A DNA stretch of 63,297 bases, filler included. It is 8 parts of 8 records of this genome, joined end to end, with 100 filler letters (N's around TTAATTAATTAA, not from the genome) between each part and the next. Parts side by side here need not be neighbours in the genome. Positions count along the whole stretch, not along the records: positions 54,740 to 63,297 come from SRR2962707_3409; 7 more parts are not named here. One strand, given 5' to 3'. Positions 59,448 through 63,297 of the stretch are shown piece after piece. The notes beneath the pieces are model-generated. The model made no database searches and was not told the DNA's origin. It saw nothing but the letters and a program-made list of their open reading frames with translations. The position numbers and the translations under genes were made by a program. Position 1 is the stretch's first letter, and the number at the start of each line of letters is the position of its first letter.

Positions 59448-60242
59448 TCAGTGATCCTCTGTTTCATCAATGGGAGCATCGCCCACATAGGGAACGGTTT
59501 CTTCGACAATATCCCATATGTGACGCGCCGTCGGGTTGGTCTGTTCTTCGCGGATATGCGCGACCAGGCCGGCGGCCCGGCTGATCACGGAAAAGCCGCG
59601 CATGATTTCCGGCTCGACGCCGATCTCCAGCATCACCGCCGCGACCCCGCCGGTGGCGTTGATCGTCAGGTGCCGGCCCAGTTCATCGTCGACGATCCCG
59701 GACAGCCGCTGCATGGCGTCGATATAAATACCGTCGATGCCGTCCTGCGACAGGGCGATTTCGAACAGCCGTGCCGTTCTGGGATCATCGGGCTTGTGCA
59801 GGTGATGGCCGAACCCGGGCAGCGGTTTCTTGGCCGCCCTGAGGGCGCGGATTTCCCGGCGCGCGGCGACGTCGAACCCGTCTTCATCCTGCAAAAGGCT
59901 CATCAGCAGCTTGGCGGCATTTTCCATGGTGCCGACGAATTGCGAGCCGACGTTGAGCAGACCTGCCGCAACGGCAGACTGCAGCGCTTCCGGGGCGGAA
60001 TGATAGGTCAGCCGCGTGGCGATGGCGCTGGGGGTCAGACCGTGTTCCATGAGGGTGACAAGGACCGCATCCAGAATGGCGATTTCGCCGGCTGTCCCCT
60101 TCCGTCCCATGATGTGCATGAACATCATGTCGGTGAACGAGACCTTGCCCATCAGTTCCCCGACAAGGCCGTCGTCGCGGTAATACAGTTCCTCGTTGGT
60201 GTGGGTCGCCAGTCTTGTCGTCGGTTTTCCGTTGGCGCTCAT
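59448..60242 (-). CDS. Citryl-CoA lyase-like / citrate-synthase-family protein
   Basis: LVTLMEHG.TPS, PGFGHHLHKPDDPR, INATG, RAAGLVAH..EE; short, single-domain type. Confidence 0.85.
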   Translation of the reverse strand: MSANGKPTTRLATHTNEELYYRDDGLVGELMGKVSFTDMMFMHIMGRKGTAGEIAILDAVLVTLMEHGLTPSAIATRLTYHSAPEALQSAVAAGLLNVGSQFVGTMENAAKLLMSLLQDEDGFDVAARREIRALRAAKKPLPGFGHHLHKPDDPRTARLFEIALSQDGIDGIYIDAMQRLSGIVDDELGRHLTINATGGVAAVMLEIGVEPEIMRGFSVISRAAGLVAHIREEQTNPTARHIWDIVEETVPYVGDAPIDETEDH

Positions 60243-61762
60243 GCTGCCGTTTCTCCGTCCTTGGGGGTGAACCTGTCCTTGGCTTCCCGGCGCAGCACCT
60301 TGCCGACCGGGGAACGAGGCAGTTCGTCGACGATGTGGACGACTTTCGGGGTTTTCACCGAGTCCAGCCGCTCCTTGACGAATGCGGCGATCTCGTCGCC
60401 GCTGACGTCACTGCCGGGGCGGACTTCGACCGCCGCCGTCAGGGCTTCGCCCCATTTCCGGTCCGGCACACCGAAGACCACGCATTCGCTGACCATCGGA
60501 TGCTGGCCCAGCACGGCCTCGACATCGCTCGGATAGACATTGAAGCCGCCGGTGATCACGACATCGCGGATGCGGTCCTTGATATAGACGAACCCGCGTT
60601 CGTCGATGACACCGACATCGCCGGTATGCAGCCAGCCGTCGATGATCGTCTCGGCGGTCTTGTCGGGCATGTCGAGATACCCCTTCATGACCAGATCACC
60701 CTTGAGCACGATCTCGCCGGTTTCACCCGGTCCAAGGATATTGCCATCCGGGTCCATGGTTTCGACACGGGTCATGAACGTGGCGCGGCCCGTGGACGCC
60801 CAGTTTTCCGGCTCGGCCCATTCCCTGGCCCGCATGCAGATCGCAATCTGCGGGGCTTCTGTCTGTCCGAAACAGGTTTCGACCGCGTTGTTGAACACCT
60901 TCATCGCACGCGGCACTTCGTCCTTGCGGATCGCGGCGCCGCCGACGATCAGATGCCGCAGGGCGCTGAAATCCCGTTTTTCGATCCCCGGCTCGTCCAG
61001 CATCATGTAGACCACGGTCGGCGGCACGAAGAACATGGTGATCCGGTCGCGTTCCATGGCTTCAATAATGGATGCCGGTTTCGCCGGCCCCATGAACACC
61101 TGCATACCGCCGACCGCGAACGTCGGCATGATCAGGGTATTCGTGCCATGGGTCATCGGCGCCGCCAGAAGGTGGCGGTCATCAGCATCGAAGTCGAATT
61201 CATGCAGCATCGAGGCGACGCAGGTATTCCAGACCCGGTAGGTCTGCATGCATCCCTTGGGCTGTCCGCTTGAGCCGCCGGTGAACTTGATCGCCTGTAT
61301 ATCGTCGAGGCTGAGGTCATGGCGCACCGGTTTCTGACCATCAAAACGGCTGACGAGATCGGCGATCGATGTTCCTTCGGCCCCTGCCCCCTGCTTACCG
61401 ATCAGTCGCACGGCGTTGCCGCTGTCGACCTTGTCCCAGCAGTCGGCATCGACGACGACGATGCCGGGGGCCGTGACTTCGCAGATCCGGTCCAGCTCCG
61501 GCTTGCCGTTGCGCGGGTTCAGCGGAATCCAGGTTTTGCCGGCAGCGAACACCGCCAGCCAGGCAAGAAGATGCTCGAACGTATTGTAGCCGCAGATGCC
61601 GACCCGGGTCTGCGGCGCGGGGTCGATATCCTGCAGCGCGGCGGCCAGGGCATTGGCCTTGCGCGCCAGTTCCGCATAGGTCAGTTCCATATCACCGTCG
61701 CGAACGGCAATCCGGTCCGGGAAGCGCTGCGCGGCCCTCAGAAAGTGATCAATCGGCAGCAT
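60239..61762 (-). CDS. Acyl-CoA synthetase (AMP-binding enzyme)
   Basis: FTGGSSG.PKG, FGQTEA, WLHTGD.G, DR..D.VITGG.NVYP, LPRS..GK; start placed at MLPID just after the upstream gene's stop. Confidence 0.92.
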   Translation of the reverse strand: MLPIDHFLRAAQRFPDRIAVRDGDMELTYAELARKANALAAALQDIDPAPQTRVGICGYNTFEHLLAWLAVFAAGKTWIPLNPRNGKPELDRICEVTAPGIVVVDADCWDKVDSGNAVRLIGKQGAGAEGTSIADLVSRFDGQKPVRHDLSLDDIQAIKFTGGSSGQPKGCMQTYRVWNTCVASMLHEFDFDADDRHLLAAPMTHGTNTLIMPTFAVGGMQVFMGPAKPASIIEAMERDRITMFFVPPTVVYMMLDEPGIEKRDFSALRHLIVGGAAIRKDEVPRAMKVFNNAVETCFGQTEAPQIAICMRAREWAEPENWASTGRATFMTRVETMDPDGNILGPGETGEIVLKGDLVMKGYLDMPDKTAETIIDGWLHTGDVGVIDERGFVYIKDRIRDVVITGGFNVYPSDVEAVLGQHPMVSECVVFGVPDRKWGEALTAAVEVRPGSDVSGDEIAAFVKERLDSVKTPKVVHIVDELPRSPVGKVLRREAKDRFTPKDGETAA

Positions 61763-61763
61763 C

Positions 61764-62291
61764 TCAGTTTCCGTCCTCGACCATGTCGGTCTTAAAGCGT
61801 TTCCAGCGTTCGACGTAATGAACCGCGATCCGGTGCACGTCGGCAATGGCCTCTTCCTTGAGCTGGCGGATCACCCGGCCGGGCGCACCGACCACCAGCG
61901 AACCGTCAGGGATTTCGGTGTTTTCCGTGATCAGCGCCTTGGCGCCGATGATGCAGTTCTTGCCGATTTTGGCGCCGTTGAGCACCACCGCGCCGATCCC
62001 GATCAGCGTATTGTCGCCGACCGTGCAGCCATGCAGCATCGCCATGTGACCGATCGTCACGTCCTTGCCGAGCGTCAGGGTATATCCGGGGTCGGTATGC
62101 AGAACGCTGTTTTCCTGGATATTGGTGCCTTCACCGACAATGATCGGATCGTTGTCGCCCCGAAGCACGGCGCCGAACCAGACACTGGCCCCCGCTTCCA
62201 GGGTCACCTTGCCGATCACCGATGCATTGGGGGCAATCCAGTAATCGTCGCCATGGGTCGTAACCCGGTCTTCACCGAGTGTATATTTCAT
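61764..62291 (-). CDS. Gamma-carbonic-anhydrase-like hexapeptide-repeat protein (YrdA/PaaY/CaiE family)
   Basis: LRGDN..I, NIQE..VLH.D, TIGH.AMLHGC, G.PG.V.R. Confidence 0.92.
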   Translation of the reverse strand: MKYTLGEDRVTTHGDDYWIAPNASVIGKVTLEAGASVWFGAVLRGDNDPIIVGEGTNIQENSVLHTDPGYTLTLGKDVTIGHMAMLHGCTVGDNTLIGIGAVVLNGAKIGKNCIIGAKALITENTEIPDGSLVVGAPGRVIRQLKEEAIADVHRIAVHYVERWKRFKTDMVEDGN

Positions 62292-62348
62292 CGCTGTCCT
62301 CCGTTGGGTCAGGAGATATTGTCGTCGGTCAGCCAGCCTGGAAAAAGG

Positions 62349-63297
62349 CTAAACTGACCATGTCTTTCCGGATTTTATCAGTGCAAGGGCGTCTTCGGCG
62401 GGCTGCGGCTTGGCAAACAGGTAACCCTGACCAAAATGACAATCGAGATTTTTGAGGCGTTCCTGCTGGGCTTCGGTTTCAATGCCCTCGGCGACGATGT
62501 TCATATCCAGTGCCTGGGCCAGCCCGATGATGCTGTGAACGATGCGTTTACTGTTTTCGGTTTCGTCCATACTGTTGACGAAGGCCCGGTCGATTTTCAG
62601 CGTATCCAGCGGGAACATATGCAGATAGCTGAGGCTTGAATACCCGGTGCCGAAATCATCAATGGCCAGCGATATGCCGAGGGCTTTCAGCTTTTTCAGC
62701 GCATTCGCCGCATGGTCGGGATTTTCAACCATCAGGGTTTCGGTGATTTCCAGCTTAACCTGATCTAGATCGACGCCGCTGGCGTGAATGATCTCGCCGA
62801 TCCGGTCGATCTCGTCCAGATCCGACAATTGCAGCCCCGAGACGTTGGTGCTCATGAACGGCAACGGGTCGTTCGGATGCAGTTCGGCAAATGCCGCTGC
62901 GAAAAGATTTTGATCTCTCAAGCTGGATTCCAGAGCAAACCGGCCCAGCTCGACAATCAAACCTGTGTTTTCAGCGAGCGGGATAAACCGGTCCGGCGGC
63001 ACGAACGAACCGTCGTCCTTCTGCCAGCGCATCAGGGCCTCGAAGCCGGCGATCTTGCCGGTCGCGAGGGATATGATCGCCTGGTAGTGCATCTGGAACT
63101 GCTGCTTTTCGAGACCGTGCAGCAGGTCGCGCTCATCATGGATTCGCTGGAACGCCATGGCGCGGATTTCTTCAAGCGAAGAATTCTGCCCGGAATCTTG
63201 CATGTTCAGACCGGAATATCTGTTCTGCGCGTTTCTGAAACGTGTCAGCACGACCCGCAAAATCAGGTTCATCATCGGATCGGCGGACGTCAGCGGC
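62349..63297 (-). CDS. EAL-domain c-di-GMP phosphodiesterase, 5'-truncated
   Basis: YQ.I, FEALMRW, FIPLAE, LEITE, DDFGTGYSSL.YL, LKIDRAF, AEGIE, QGYL; frame is open to the window end. Confidence 0.93.
   Translation of the reverse strand, partial: PLTSADPMMNLILRVVLTRFRNAQNRYSGLNMQDSGQNSSLEEIRAMAFQRIHDERDLLHGLEKQQFQMHYQAIISLATGKIAGFEALMRWQKDDGSFVPPDRFIPLAENTGLIVELGRFALESSLRDQNLFAAAFAELHPNDPLPFMSTNVSGLQLSDLDEIDRIGEIIHASGVDLDQVKLEITETLMVENPDHAANALKKLKALGISLAIDDFGTGYSSLSYLHMFPLDTLKIDRAFVNSMDETENSKRIVHSIIGLAQALDMNIVAEGIETEAQQERLKNLDCHFGQGYLFAKPQPAEDALALIKSGKTWSV

Noticed and set aside
59451-62357. Long plus-strand ORFs (361, 352, 158 and 179 aa)
   Set aside because: Antisense shadows of well-supported minus-strand genes in high-GC DNA.
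1-63297. CRISPR arrays, tRNA/rRNA genes, transposases, integrases and known anti-phage defence genes
   Set aside because: No regularly spaced repeat-spacer array, cloverleaf, rRNA-like tract or recognisable catalytic motif was found by eye.

Overview
This window is not one locus. It is eight unrelated (meta)genomic contigs joined by artificial 100-bp spacers (N44-TTAATTAATTAA-N44). (1) 1-8774, Bacteroidota (Cytophagales-like): ald, a LytS/LytTR pair, a membrane patatin, a cystathionine gamma-synthase/lyase, a GNAT-like orphan and a TIGR03032 gene. (2) 8875-14836, Pseudoalteromonas-like gammaproteobacterium: ECF sigma, a pilE-fimT-pilV-pilW-pilX minor-pilin operon and rpsF-priB-rpsR-rplI. (3) 14937-20429, Bacteroidota: PRTase, kinase-like hypothetical, glycosyltransferase and a sigma54-type two-component system. 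(4) 20530-31306, Flavobacteriaceae: pruA, apaG, DUF3667, DUF5103 and nqrA-F. (5) 31407-41482, Flavobacteriaceae: thrS-infC-rpmI-rplT, metallopeptidase lipoprotein, HAD, yjbQ, purD, an XRE regulator and a structured leader. (6) 41583-49026, a eukaryote (protist-like) with two intron-containing genes. (7) 49127-54639, Flavobacteriaceae nitrate/nitrite cluster. (8) 54740-63297, GC-rich alphaproteobacterium. Taxonomic labels are inferred from gene content and composition, not from searches. The strongest leads are: a NagR/LacI-type palindrome inside a near-consensus sigma70 promoter of a PilY1-less minor-pilin operon (candidate GlcNAc/chitin-regulated pilus tip); a two-conformation C4/CI-like RNA switch next to an XRE repressor and its palindromic operator; an unannotated HipA/PI3K-like kinase; and a Flavobacteriaceae REP/MITE-like family present in three contigs.
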